Assembly: GCA_047946875.1 (NCBI GenBank)
Contig: CP181398.1
Span: forward strand, 271,154-335,153
Length of the DNA: 64,000 nt
Direction of reading: 5' to 3'
From: Candidatus Kerfeldbacteria bacterium
Lineage (GTDB): Bacteria > Patescibacteriota > Patescibacteriia > UBA10025 > JAHIVO01
This document shows positions 10,483 to 19,874 of the stretch, one piece after another. The position numbers and the translations under genes are program-made. Under the pieces are notes generated by a model. That model searched no databases. It worked only from the letters and a program-made list of their open reading frames with translations, and was not told the origin of the DNA. Every line of letters starts with the position of its first letter. Positions within the stretch are counted from its first letter, which is position 1.

Positions 10483-10977
10483 ATGAAAAAACTTTTTAAA
10501 ATTATTATAATCCTGCTAGTAATATTGATTGTAGCAATTATTATTTTAGGTTTATGGCTATCACATGTTCCATCAGAAACTTACCAAGTAGAAAATATTA
10601 ATTCTGATGAACATTGGGGAAATATTTCGGGCTCTTTGAGCTATCCATCCGATTACATTCCAGAGATGGGTGTATGTGCGGAGACTATCGACCAAGAAAA
10701 TTATTATTGTACTTATGAAATGTTAGCAAGCGACGATTATATATATGGTTATGGTTATTCTCTAGAAGTGCCACCTGGTTCGTATTATGTATATGCGCAT
10801 TTGGTAGATGAGGATGATGAAAATGTTGGTTTTACAGATGAGAAGAAAGCTTACTATTCTAAATTTGTAAGTTGTGGAGGAAGTATTGAATGTACTTCTC
10901 ATACCCCAATTAAGGTAGAGGTTGATAGATATGAGAGTGTGACTAGGATTGATCCAATTGATTGGTATGATAATTAG
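10483..10977 (+). CDS. Membrane-anchored hypothetical protein
   Basis: N-terminal TM helix followed by 'ISGSLSYPSDYIP' domain with 4 Cys. Confidence 0.7.
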   Translation: MKKLFKIIIILLVILIVAIIILGLWLSHVPSETYQVENINSDEHWGNISGSLSYPSDYIPEMGVCAETIDQENYYCTYEMLASDDYIYGYGYSLEVPPGSYYVYAHLVDEDDENVGFTDEKKAYYSKFVSCGGSIECTSHTPIKVEVDRYESVTRIDPIDWYDN

Positions 10978-11004
10978 GGAATAGAGCAAATTGGTAAATT
11001 TAAT

Positions 11005-11032
11005 TTGACAAATATTGTAATTAGAGTATACT
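11005..11032 (+). promoter_or_regulatory. sigma70-type promoter for leader peptide/tRNA-Asn
   Basis: TTGACA (11005-11010), 16 bp, TATACT (11027-11032); predicted start lies near ATG 11041. Confidence 0.6.
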
Positions 11033-11040
11033 TACTTTGT

Positions 11041-11103
11041 ATGAAGAAACAAATCACACAATTAAACAATAATAATAGAAATAACCGTTTGACCTCGGCG
11101 TAA
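11041..11103 (+). CDS. Putative Asn-rich attenuator leader peptide MKKQITQLNNNNRNNRLTSA
   Basis: 20-codon ORF with 6 Asn in 7 consecutive codons; its last codons TCGGCG are complementary to CGCCGA in the downstream terminator. Confidence 0.6.
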   Translation: MKKQITQLNNNNRNNRLTSA

Positions 11104-11133
11104 TTTTGTCTTGCAATATAAAGTAAGATGATC

Positions 11134-11155
11134 CCGCCGAACAGGCGGTTTTTTT
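11134..11155 (+). terminator. Attenuator terminator upstream of tRNA-Asn
   Basis: CCGCC-GAACA-GGCGG followed by T7. Confidence 0.75.
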
Positions 11156-11233
11156 GTTATCTTTCAAGTTCTGGGGAAGTTTCCGCCTTCACATTAAGTT
11201 TCGGTTGACAAGGAATTGGCCCCGCCACAATTT

Positions 11234-11305
11234 TCTGGGATAGTTTAATCGGTAAAACGCTACGCCGTTAACGTAGTTATCCAGGTTCAAGTCCTGGTCC
11301 CAGAG
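11234..11305 (+). tRNA. tRNA-Asn (GTT), CCA not encoded
   Basis: Acceptor TCTGGGA/TCCCAGA, D-stem GTTT/AAAC, anticodon stem CTACG/CGTAG with loop CCGTTAA, T-arm CCAGG-TTCAAGT-CCTGG, discriminator G. Confidence 0.9.
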
Positions 11306-11368
11306 TATTGTGACGGGGTAAATAGCACTACCTGTTTAGTAATAGGCAGCAAAACTATCAGCCTAAAG

Positions 11369-11388
11369 CCTGCCTGCCGGTAGGCAGG
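11369..11388. repeat. GC-rich REP-like palindrome CCTGCCTGCCGGTAGGCAGG
   Basis: Near-perfect palindrome in an AT-rich intergenic region. Confidence 0.55.
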
Positions 11389-11441
11389 GCTGTAGTCCGA
11401 AAAAAGGAATACATTCTTTAGGATGTTAATGTAGATAAATT

Positions 11442-11492
11442 ATGAATAATATAAACAACAATTTAAGAAGAAGAAAATTTCAATTCACTTGA
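11442..11492 (+). CDS. Putative Arg attenuator leader peptide MNNINNNLRRRKFQFT
   Basis: 16-codon ORF with AGA-AGA-AGA; GAGGTTGTTT at its stop can pair with AAACAGCTTC of the terminator before argG. Confidence 0.65.
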   Translation: MNNINNNLRRRKFQFT

Positions 11493-11522
11493 GGTTGTTT
11501 TTCTTATTAAAAAAATATTTAC

Positions 11523-11546
11523 AAACAGCTTCAGGGCTGTTTTTTT
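11523..11546 (+). terminator. Attenuator terminator upstream of argG
   Basis: AAACAGCT-TCAG-GGCTGTTT plus T-run, 20 nt before argG ATG. Confidence 0.7.
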
Positions 11547-11566
11547 AATTAACTTAAAATTATAAT

Positions 11567-12766
11567 ATGAAAAAAATAATACTTATGTATTCTGGGGGAT
11601 TAGATACCTCTGTAATACTAAAATGGTTACAACAAAATCATCAAGCAGAAATCATAACTTTGACTGCTGATCTTGGTCAAGCAAAAGACAACTATCCTGC
11701 TATAAAAAAGAAAGCTTTAAAACTAGGTGCCAAGAAAGCTTATGTTGTTGATGGAAAAAAAGAATTTGCAAATAACTATATTGTTAAGTCTATTAAGGCA
11801 AATGGTCTGTATCAAGGAGCGTACCCTCTAAGTACTGCTCTTGGTAGGCCATTGATTTCAAAATATGCTGTAGAGATAGCTCATAAAGAAAAGACTAATA
11901 TAATTGCTCACGGTTGTACTGGGAAAGGGAATGATCAAATCAGGTTAGAGGTTTCGGCTAGTGTTTTGGATCCTAAGATGAAATTTATTGCCCCAGTTAG
12001 GGAATGGAATATGGGTAGGGATCAAGAATTAGTTTTTGCCAAGAAAAATAAAATTCCAATTTCTGTCTCATCGAAGTCTCCGTATTCTATAGACGACAAT
12101 ATGTGGGGCAAAAGTACGGAGGGAGGAATTATAGAGGATCCTGAGCAGCAAATACCTATTAATAAAATAATTAATTGGGTTACACCAATAGAAAAAGCAA
12201 AAGATAAAGCTGAGCTTGTTAACTTGAAATTTGTTAATGGAATACCGGTTAGTTTGAATGGCGAAACTTTAGGACTTAGTGAGTTGATTGTTAAGCTTGA
12301 TAAAATAGGTTGTCAGCATGGCATAGGAATCATTGAGCATATAGAAGATAGGGTTATAGGTATTAAAATAAGGGATCTATATGAATGTCCAGCTGCAATG
12401 ATTATCCTAAAAGCACATCAAGATTTGGAATCTTATGTTTCAACTATTTATGAAAATCAGTTTAAAAAAATCATTGATCAACAATGGGCATATTTAGTTT
12501 ACGCAGGATTTTGGTATGAACCTTTGTTAGAAAATTTAAATAAGTTTATTGAAGAGCAGAATAAGAAAGTAGAAGGGGAAGTCAAATTGAAGTTATATAA
12601 AGGAAATATCACGGTGGTTTCTAGGAAATCTAAATATGGATTAATTGATCAGAAATTATCAACCTTTATGTATGAGAGTGAGTTCGACCAAAAAGATGCG
12701 GTTGGTTTCATTAAGAATTGGGGTACCCCAAGTATTTTAAGTAATAATCTATTTAAGAAAGGATAA
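11567..12766 (+). CDS. argG: Argininosuccinate synthase
   Basis: 'YSGGLDTS', 'HGCTGKGNDQIR', 'SPYSIDDNMWG'. Confidence 0.97.
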   Translation: MKKIILMYSGGLDTSVILKWLQQNHQAEIITLTADLGQAKDNYPAIKKKALKLGAKKAYVVDGKKEFANNYIVKSIKANGLYQGAYPLSTALGRPLISKYAVEIAHKEKTNIIAHGCTGKGNDQIRLEVSASVLDPKMKFIAPVREWNMGRDQELVFAKKNKIPISVSSKSPYSIDDNMWGKSTEGGIIEDPEQQIPINKIINWVTPIEKAKDKAELVNLKFVNGIPVSLNGETLGLSELIVKLDKIGCQHGIGIIEHIEDRVIGIKIRDLYECPAAMIILKAHQDLESYVSTIYENQFKKIIDQQWAYLVYAGFWYEPLLENLNKFIEEQNKKVEGEVKLKLYKGNITVVSRKSKYGLIDQKLSTFMYESEFDQKDAVGFIKNWGTPSILSNNLFKKG

Positions 12767-12770
12767 TTAT

Positions 12771-14099
12771 ATGGGAAAAATATGGGAGAAACATTCAAAA
12801 GTAAGTATGAATAAAGAAGTTGAAAATTTTCTGTCAGCTGATGATATTATTTATGATGAACAACTTGCCGTGTTTGATATTTACGGATCTCTAGGGCATC
12901 TTGCAGGATTGTTTGATTTGGGGATTGTAAATAAAGTTGAGTATAAGAAAATAAAAATAGGATTGATAAAAATTTTGGATGAGGTAATGGAAGATGGGAT
13001 TAATATATCAGTTGCAGATGAAGATATTCATACAGCAATTGAAAATAAATTGAAAGATGATGTTGGCAGTCCAGCTGATAAATTGCATACTAGTAGGTCA
13101 AGGAACGACCAAGTCTCTGTTGATATAAAATTATTTTCAAAAAAAGAGTTGTTAGAAATAATGAGTAAGGTTTTAGATTTGGCGTCATCTTTTTTAAAGT
13201 ATGCAAATCAGCATAAGTCGGTAGCTATGCCAGGATATACTCATATGCAACCAGCTATGGTTTCTAGTGTTGGATTGTGGTCCAGCTCATTTACAGCTAG
13301 CTTGCTCGATGATTTTACTTTATTACAAAGTGCTTTTGAATTGAATAATCAGTCTCCACTTGGGTCCGCGGCTGGTTATGGAGCACTGCTACCGATTAGT
13401 AAAGAATTAGTGGCAAAGTTATTAGGATTCAGTAAGATCCAAGAAAATTATTTGTATTGTCAGAATAGTAGGGGGAAAGTTGAATTAGCCATTGTTCATG
13501 CCCTTCAACAAGTGATACTAACAATTAATAAGTTTAGTAATGATTTGTTAACGTTTACCATGAGTGAGTTTGGATATTTTTACTTACCAGATAATTTTTT
13601 GACTGGGAGTAGTATTATGGTGCAAAAGAAAAATTATGACGTGGTTGAATTGTTAAGGTCTAAATATGCAGCCGTGTCTAGTGATTATTTTCATCTTAAT
13701 AGTTTGATATCAAATTTACCGTCAGGTTACAATAGGGATTTTCAAGAAATAAAGAAACCTTTATTTTCTAGCTTTGATATTGCTACAAAAACTATCACTA
13801 TTACTAACAAAGTGATTTCCAATCTCATGGTTCACAAAGATAAGTTGAAATTATCAATCAAACCAGATTTGTTGGTGACAAATGAGGTATATAAGGAGGT
13901 AGAAAAAGGAGTTCCTTTCAAACAGGCTTATAAATTGATTGGTAATAAATATCAACAGGGAAAATTACCTACTAATCCTGAATATAACCTACCGTCATTT
14001 AGTTATGATTTTTTTAAAAACAAAATTGATGCAAATGAAAAAATTGTAAATGAAAAAAAGACTGGATTTAATAAATGTTTGAGTAAATTAACTGTTTAA
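12771..14099 (+). CDS. argH: Argininosuccinate lyase
   Basis: 'LHTSRSRNDQV', 'MPGYTHMQPA', 'TGSSIMVQKKN', 'GYNRDFQ'. Confidence 0.95.
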   Translation: MGKIWEKHSKVSMNKEVENFLSADDIIYDEQLAVFDIYGSLGHLAGLFDLGIVNKVEYKKIKIGLIKILDEVMEDGINISVADEDIHTAIENKLKDDVGSPADKLHTSRSRNDQVSVDIKLFSKKELLEIMSKVLDLASSFLKYANQHKSVAMPGYTHMQPAMVSSVGLWSSSFTASLLDDFTLLQSAFELNNQSPLGSAAGYGALLPISKELVAKLLGFSKIQENYLYCQNSRGKVELAIVHALQQVILTINKFSNDLLTFTMSEFGYFYLPDNFLTGSSIMVQKKNYDVVELLRSKYAAVSSDYFHLNSLISNLPSGYNRDFQEIKKPLFSSFDIATKTITITNKVISNLMVHKDKLKLSIKPDLLVTNEVYKEVEKGVPFKQAYKLIGNKYQQGKLPTNPEYNLPSFSYDFFKNKIDANEKIVNEKKTGFNKCLSKLTV

Positions 14100-14133
14100 A
14101 TGACAATAAATATGTTATAATATATTTACTTTT

Positions 14134-15147
14134 ATGAATAAAGCGACTTTAAATAAATTTATTGATCACCTTCAAGAGACTTATATTATTCATGCTCCAG
14201 TTAAAGAGGATAAAGAGCTTTATGTTAGGGAAATTGATGATAAGTCAGAGATAGATTATTCTAATAAGATCCCAATTAATACATATAAGCCTGTTTTACT
14301 ACCAAAGAAGGAAGCTTTGTTTACATATAAGAAAGGTAAGTTGCAAAAGCCAAAATTTGAGTATGAACCAGAATGCGCGTTTTTGATGTCGGTATCAGAT
14401 CTTAAGGCCGTTGGTCTTTTTAATCTAACTTTTGAAAAAGATCCATATTATCAGAAGAAAAGACAAAAGACTTTGTTGATTGGTCAGGCTTTTTTTGAAG
14501 GGAGTGGTTTTTGTGGCCATGTGAAGGATTGTTATGAAGAAGATATATTAGAGCATATAGTTTTTGATATAATGTTGATCAAATCAAGTAAAACATCTTG
14601 GAAAGTATTTACAGGATCTGAAAAAGGACAAAAGATTTTAGAAAAATTTGGTTATGATAAATTTGAGCATATAGAATTCGTTGGATTGATCAAAGAAGAG
14701 GGAATTGACCCAATGTTAGAGAAACATCGTACCCAGCTTGTAGAAACTTCACAAAAAGTTTGGGATCAGTGGGGTGATAAATGCACAGCTTGTGGTAAAT
14801 GTGCGGTAGACTGTCCTACTTGTTATTGTTTTAATGTGGATGATGAGCAAGATCATAAAGAATCAGGTGCAGGTGAAAGAGTACGATCATGGACAACTTG
14901 TTTTTATAATAGTTTTTCAGAAGTTGGTGGTGGTCATAAGTTTCTCAAAGCTAATGCTGCCAGAATCAAGAATTGGTATACCCATAAGTGGGTACGTACA
15001 CCACATGAATTTCAAATTATGGGGTGTGTTAACTGTGGTCGCTGTGATAAAGTTTGTCCGGTTGGTATCAAACGTGCAGACGTTTTTAAATCATTAGAGG
15101 AGAATAAGCAACCAAGATATCAAAAAAAGAAAATAATAAAAAAATGA
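14134..15147 (+). CDS. hydB: Group 3b NiFe hydrogenase (sulfhydrogenase) beta subunit, AsrA-like 4Fe-4S
   Basis: 'CTACGKCAVDCPTCYC' and 'GCVNCGRCDKVCPVGI'. Confidence 0.85.
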   Translation: MNKATLNKFIDHLQETYIIHAPVKEDKELYVREIDDKSEIDYSNKIPINTYKPVLLPKKEALFTYKKGKLQKPKFEYEPECAFLMSVSDLKAVGLFNLTFEKDPYYQKKRQKTLLIGQAFFEGSGFCGHVKDCYEEDILEHIVFDIMLIKSSKTSWKVFTGSEKGQKILEKFGYDKFEHIEFVGLIKEEGIDPMLEKHRTQLVETSQKVWDQWGDKCTACGKCAVDCPTCYCFNVDDEQDHKESGAGERVRSWTTCFYNSFSEVGGGHKFLKANAARIKNWYTHKWVRTPHEFQIMGCVNCGRCDKVCPVGIKRADVFKSLEENKQPRYQKKKIIKK

Positions 15148-15977
15148 TAAATCCTTACGAACCACAAGGAGCTAAGATAATTGGAATACGAGCACAAGCT
15201 CCTGGTATTAAGATTTTTAAATTTCGACTCAAAACAAGAAAAGCACTGGTTTATAATCCTGGACAGTTTTTCGTTTTTTCTTTACCTGGATTTGGTGAGT
15301 CAGTGTTTGTACCGACCGAGGTTACAGATGAACCATATACATATGATATAGCAGTGCAAAAAATAGGTAGAGTTACAGGAGAGTTTCATAAACTTGATGC
15401 CGGAGATACTTTTGGAATTCGTGGACCATATGGTAATGGATTTGATCTTAGAAAAATAAAAAAAGGAAATATCTTATTTGTTGCGGGTGGTTTAGGTATA
15501 GTACCTATTCGATCCTTGGTATCATATCTTACCAAAAGATATTGCCAGAGATATTCATCTAATATGCATCTAATGTACGGCGCTCGTTCATTTGAGTATT
15601 TATTATTCAAAAAAGAATTCCCATCCTGGAAAAAATGTTTGAAGCTAGATATTACATTAAACAAACCTCATCCAGATAGTGCGAAAGGATGGCGATCACA
15701 TGCAGGATTAATTACTACTGTGTTTAAGAAAGTAGATACATTTAAAGAGGGTACTGCAATATTGTGTGGACCTCCAATCATGTTTAAATACGTAGTGCCA
15801 GTTGTACAGAAACTTGGCTTCAAAGACGAGGATATTTATTTATCTATGGAAAGAAGGATGCAGTGTGCTGGACTTGGTACTTGTCAACATTGCGCAATTG
15901 GACCTTATTACGTCTGTAAAGACGGTCCAGTATTTAGTTTTGATCAATTGAAAGATAATACACAATATAACAATTAA
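15144..15977 (+). CDS. hydG: Sulfhydrogenase gamma subunit (FAD/NAD-binding, 2Fe-2S)
   Basis: 'RGPYGNGF', 'VAGGLGIVP', 'CGPPIM', 'ERRMQCAGLGTCQHC..YVCKDGPVF'. Confidence 0.85.
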   Translation: MINPYEPQGAKIIGIRAQAPGIKIFKFRLKTRKALVYNPGQFFVFSLPGFGESVFVPTEVTDEPYTYDIAVQKIGRVTGEFHKLDAGDTFGIRGPYGNGFDLRKIKKGNILFVAGGLGIVPIRSLVSYLTKRYCQRYSSNMHLMYGARSFEYLLFKKEFPSWKKCLKLDITLNKPHPDSAKGWRSHAGLITTVFKKVDTFKEGTAILCGPPIMFKYVVPVVQKLGFKDEDIYLSMERRMQCAGLGTCQHCAIGPYYVCKDGPVFSFDQLKDNTQYNN

Positions 15978-15992
15978 TTAATTATATAAGCT

Positions 15993-16913
15993 ATGTCAGA
16001 AAGAAAAGGAATATTACTAATTTTAGCAACTGCCTTGATATCAGGAGTTTCTATTTATGTTAATTCGTTAGGAGTTAAATTTGGTAATCCTTATGTGTTT
16101 GCTGGGATGAAGAACTTATTTGTTGGTTTGATATTATTTTCAATAGTTCTTGGTTTCAAAGAAAGACATAAACTAAAGAAATTAGTTAAGAAGGATTGGT
16201 GGCAGCTCACTTTAATTGGCTTAGTTGGTGGAGCAGTTCCATTTTTATTATTTTTTAAAGGGTTAACCTTAACTATACCTGCCAAAGGTTCATTTATACA
16301 TAAGACATTATTCATTTATGTAACTTTTCTTGCAATTATTTATTTGAAAGAAAAAATTAGCAAGAGTATGCTTATCGGTTTGGGAGCTTTGTTGGTTGGT
16401 ATTGTATTATTTTTAGGAATCCAACCACAAGCACTGGTGCTGGGAGATTTGTTAATATTAATCGCAACTTTGATGTGGGCGGGTGAAATTATCATGTCAA
16501 AAAAATTATTAAAAAGAATATCTCCAAATATTGTGGTTTGGGGGAGAATGTTTTTTGGAGGATTATTTATATTATTATTCTTAATAAATACCAGACAGAT
16601 TGAAAGTATCTTTGCATATAATCCTCAACAATGGATGTGGATCGGGATTACTTCAGTATTTCTACTTGGTTATGTACTGACTTTTTACAATGGCTTGAAG
16701 TATGTTAGAGCTTCAGTTGCAACATCGATTTTAGCTTTAGGAGCTCCAATCACGGGGATTATAACTTTGGTTGTACAAGGTGGGATAGTTTGGGCGCCAG
16801 AAAAGTATTGGGGAATGGCTTTGATAGTGACAGGAATAATATTGGTTGCTGGTATAAAAATGATGAATGGTTTTGTAAATCGTGATCACCTATATGACAG
16901 AATCGATAGTTAA
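15993..16913 (+). CDS. DMT/EamA family transporter
   Basis: About 10 TM helices in two EamA repeats. Confidence 0.85.
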   Translation: MSERKGILLILATALISGVSIYVNSLGVKFGNPYVFAGMKNLFVGLILFSIVLGFKERHKLKKLVKKDWWQLTLIGLVGGAVPFLLFFKGLTLTIPAKGSFIHKTLFIYVTFLAIIYLKEKISKSMLIGLGALLVGIVLFLGIQPQALVLGDLLILIATLMWAGEIIMSKKLLKRISPNIVVWGRMFFGGLFILLFLINTRQIESIFAYNPQQWMWIGITSVFLLGYVLTFYNGLKYVRASVATSILALGAPITGIITLVVQGGIVWAPEKYWGMALIVTGIILVAGIKMMNGFVNRDHLYDRIDS

Positions 16914-17712
16914 AAATCTAGAGAAATCACGTCGTTTAGCTTTTGATAATTTTGATAATATAATTCTCGAGCCAAAAGCAGTAGAGGTGTTAGTAAATCT
17001 ATTTATACATCCTGGTTGTAAGTCTGATATTAATTTAGCTAAATTTCTTACAGGATTGCCAGTTCCTTTGAAAGATATATCATCTCATATAATTACAGCA
17101 TTCCCATCGCAAGTAGCGACTTATGCAAAAGCTAGTAATAAAACTATTATTACAGGAGTAGATTTATTAGAATGTTTTGCATTAGATCATGCAGATGCGG
17201 TTGAGGAAAATTATAAAGCGCTAGGTTTTAATCCTTCATATGCTCTAGCACATATATTAACCATCGGCAGGACTAGCAATCTAAGAAGTGTAGAAGGCAG
17301 GAAGTTGGTAGATATGGAAGTAATGGTATGTGGCAACTCAATTAAATTCTCAAACATTTTAGCCCCTTTATATCTTAATGTATTGGATGATCAAGTAGCA
17401 TTTCATCATTTTGGTGTAGTTGTAGCGGTAACTGATTCAAAAGTGTCTAAAATATTTGCTAGGAAACTACAAACCTTGCAAGACAATAAGAATTTTTTAC
17501 AAAAGACAGTCAAACAAATATTAGGAAAAGAGTTCAAATCAATTGATTATTCTAAAGAATCTTTCTTCAAGGTTGATATGACAGGTAAAATATTGGATCA
17601 ATCAAAACAAGATATGGATTTTTTTAAATTATGGCAGGATGAAGACCTAAGGAATATTAAAATTCCAAAGGAATTAAAGAGAGATAATGACAAAGTAATG
17701 TTTCAATCGTAA
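16894..17712 (+). CDS. Hypothetical protein in hydrogenase cluster
   Basis: Long ORF overlapping both neighbours; ATG at 16894 preferred over GTG 16882. Confidence 0.6.
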   Translation: MTESIVKNLEKSRRLAFDNFDNIILEPKAVEVLVNLFIHPGCKSDINLAKFLTGLPVPLKDISSHIITAFPSQVATYAKASNKTIITGVDLLECFALDHADAVEENYKALGFNPSYALAHILTIGRTSNLRSVEGRKLVDMEVMVCGNSIKFSNILAPLYLNVLDDQVAFHHFGVVVAVTDSKVSKIFARKLQTLQDNKNFLQKTVKQILGKEFKSIDYSKESFFKVDMTGKILDQSKQDMDFFKLWQDEDLRNIKIPKELKRDNDKVMFQS

Positions 17713-17921
17713 TGTGTATATCAATACCCGCACAAATTAAAAAAATAAAAGGCAAGATAGCCATAGTTAAACGTGGTACTAAGACAGGACCACTGAGCAT
17801 AGAGATAATACCAAATTTAAAAGTAGGTGACTGGGTATTATCAGAGAACGGATTTGCTGTCTATAAAATTTCACAAAAAGAAGCAAAAGAATCATTAAAA
17901 TTAATAAATCAAAATATATAA
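17712..17921 (+). CDS. hypC: Hydrogenase maturation chaperone HypC/HupF
   Basis: N-terminal 'MCISIPAQI' and 'LKVGDWVL...GFA'. Confidence 0.85.
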   Translation: MCISIPAQIKKIKGKIAIVKRGTKTGPLSIEIIPNLKVGDWVLSENGFAVYKISQKEAKESLKLINQNI

Positions 17922-17922
17922 T

Positions 17923-18774
17923 ATGCCAATCCAAATTCCTAGTTATATAAAGAACCAACCACCGGGATCAAATGTACCGAATCCTTCAGTACATGCTTCT
18001 CCACAAAATGTTAATCCTAACCCCAAGAGGAGTAAGATAAGGATGTTATTATTTCTTCTCGCTTTAGTATTGATTGGTGGAGCAGTTGGTTATTATTTCT
18101 TTTTTTATACAAATGACAGTATAGAGAATAATGTGAATATAGTTGTTGCAAATAGTAATGAAGCTACTTTAAATTCTAATGCTATTCAAAATATCAATTT
18201 GAATAATAGTGTAAATATAAATTCTTTGAGTAATACCAATGGTTCACAAAATCCGAATACGCCTGTTAATTTAAGACCAACATCAAATTTAAATATTTCT
18301 AATACAAATGTTGCTGTTAATTTAAATACTTCAGTACTAATAGATGAAACTGATTCTGATGGCGATGGATTAACAAATAATGATGAGTATCTTTATGGTA
18401 CAAATAGCGAGTTGGAAGATACAGACGGAGATGGTTATAATGATATTATTGAAGTAATGACCTGCTATAATCCCATTGGTCAGGGTAATATCACAAGTAA
18501 TTATATATTTGATTTTTGCGAAAGAATATTAACACAAGAAATGGATGAGTGGAGTTTAAAATCATCTAATGAAATAAGTACTGTTTGTAGTATTTACAAA
18601 CCGGCTGTTGAATTAAACATTCAAATGTATATTAATGATACCTATTCGGATGATCAATTTACATCAATATTAAGTGAAAAATGCGATGAACTAAGAAACG
18701 AAATTAATCAGGATGATGTTAGTGAAAATAATTTGTGTAAATATATGGGACTAATGTCAATGATTTGTATTTAA
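17923..18774 (+). CDS. Membrane-anchored Asn-rich protein with Ca-binding DxDGDG repeats
   Basis: TM helix, Asn-rich stalk, 'DSDGDGLTNNDE' and 'DTDGDGYND'. Confidence 0.7.
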   Translation: MPIQIPSYIKNQPPGSNVPNPSVHASPQNVNPNPKRSKIRMLLFLLALVLIGGAVGYYFFFYTNDSIENNVNIVVANSNEATLNSNAIQNINLNNSVNINSLSNTNGSQNPNTPVNLRPTSNLNISNTNVAVNLNTSVLIDETDSDGDGLTNNDEYLYGTNSELEDTDGDGYNDIIEVMTCYNPIGQGNITSNYIFDFCERILTQEMDEWSLKSSNEISTVCSIYKPAVELNIQMYINDTYSDDQFTSILSEKCDELRNEINQDDVSENNLCKYMGLMSMICI

Positions 18775-18784
18775 TAATAAATAA

Positions 18785-19582
18785 ATGCCCAAGAAAAAAG
18801 TAAAAAAAATAAATAAACCAAAACTCAGTAAAACCAAGAAATTACGAATTGGGATTGCTGGTCTTACTTCCTGCGAAGGATGTTCTTTTGCTATTTTAGA
18901 TATGGGCATGGATTTTATTGAAGCAATTGACCATTTTGATTTGGGTGATTTTCATTTGATTATGGATGAGACTAAAGGGGATAAATATGACATCATGTTT
19001 ATAGATGGCGCTCCATTAACTAAAGAAAATGTTAAAACACTCAAAGAATTAAGACGACGTTCTAAATATTTAGTAGCTTTAGGAGCTTGTGCTTGTAATG
19101 GTGTAATTCCAAATATTAAAAACTATATTGATAAAAAAAAGGCAGTAAAATATGTTTATCCAAAAGTCCATAAGTCAGTTTATAATCCAAATATTTTACC
19201 AGTTAAAAGATTTGTAAAAGTTGATTGTTCTATTCAAGGATGTCCTATAGAAGCGAAAGATTTTGTCACAGTAATAAATAGTTTGCGGGAGGGGATGGAT
19301 CCAAAATTGTTGGAAAATCCTGTTTGTTACGAATGTCAGATGAATGGAAACGAATGCTTGTTACAAAAAGGAGAACCGTGTTTAGGACCAGTAATACAAG
19401 GCGGTTGTAATGCTGTTTGTCTAAATTCTAAATTTGCTTGCAAAGGTTGTCGTGGAGTGATACCAGGTTATGATACAAAATCTTTAGAAAAAGAATTATT
19501 AAAAAAACATTCCAAAAAAGAGATCGAAAGTATTTTACAAATTTTTGGGATTCAAGAAGATTGGTATAAAGCACAAAAATAA
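18785..19582 (+). CDS. hydD: Group 3b NiFe hydrogenase small (delta) subunit
   Basis: 'TSCEGC', 'ALGACACNG', 'QGCP', 'PVCYEC', 'PCLGPV...CNAVC...CKGCRG'. Confidence 0.88.
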   Translation: MPKKKVKKINKPKLSKTKKLRIGIAGLTSCEGCSFAILDMGMDFIEAIDHFDLGDFHLIMDETKGDKYDIMFIDGAPLTKENVKTLKELRRRSKYLVALGACACNGVIPNIKNYIDKKKAVKYVYPKVHKSVYNPNILPVKRFVKVDCSIQGCPIEAKDFVTVINSLREGMDPKLLENPVCYECQMNGNECLLQKGEPCLGPVIQGGCNAVCLNSKFACKGCRGVIPGYDTKSLEKELLKKHSKKEIESILQIFGIQEDWYKAQK

Positions 19583-19583
19583 T

Positions 19584-19874
19584 ATGGAGAGTATTGACGT
19601 TCTAGGTTATGTAGCAGGAATATTGGTGGTAATATCACTGTTGCCACAAACTATTAAAAGTTGGAAAACCAAGTCAACTCAAGATCTGTCATTGTGGAGA
19701 TATATAATATATGTTGTTGGTTTAATAATTTGGATTATCTATGCTATTAAAATAGATAATGGTCCGGTAGCTGTAATGAATGGACTAGGCTTAATACTAG
19801 CTATATCAATACTATATCTAAAATTAAAATACGGAATAAAAGATAAATATGAAGGTAAAAATCCAAATAATTAG
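19584..19874 (+). CDS. SemiSWEET/PQ-loop transporter
   Basis: 'LLPQTIKSWKTKSTQDLS', 3 TM helices; ATG at 19584. Confidence 0.85.
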   Translation: MESIDVLGYVAGILVVISLLPQTIKSWKTKSTQDLSLWRYIIYVVGLIIWIIYAIKIDNGPVAVMNGLGLILAISILYLKLKYGIKDKYEGKNPNN

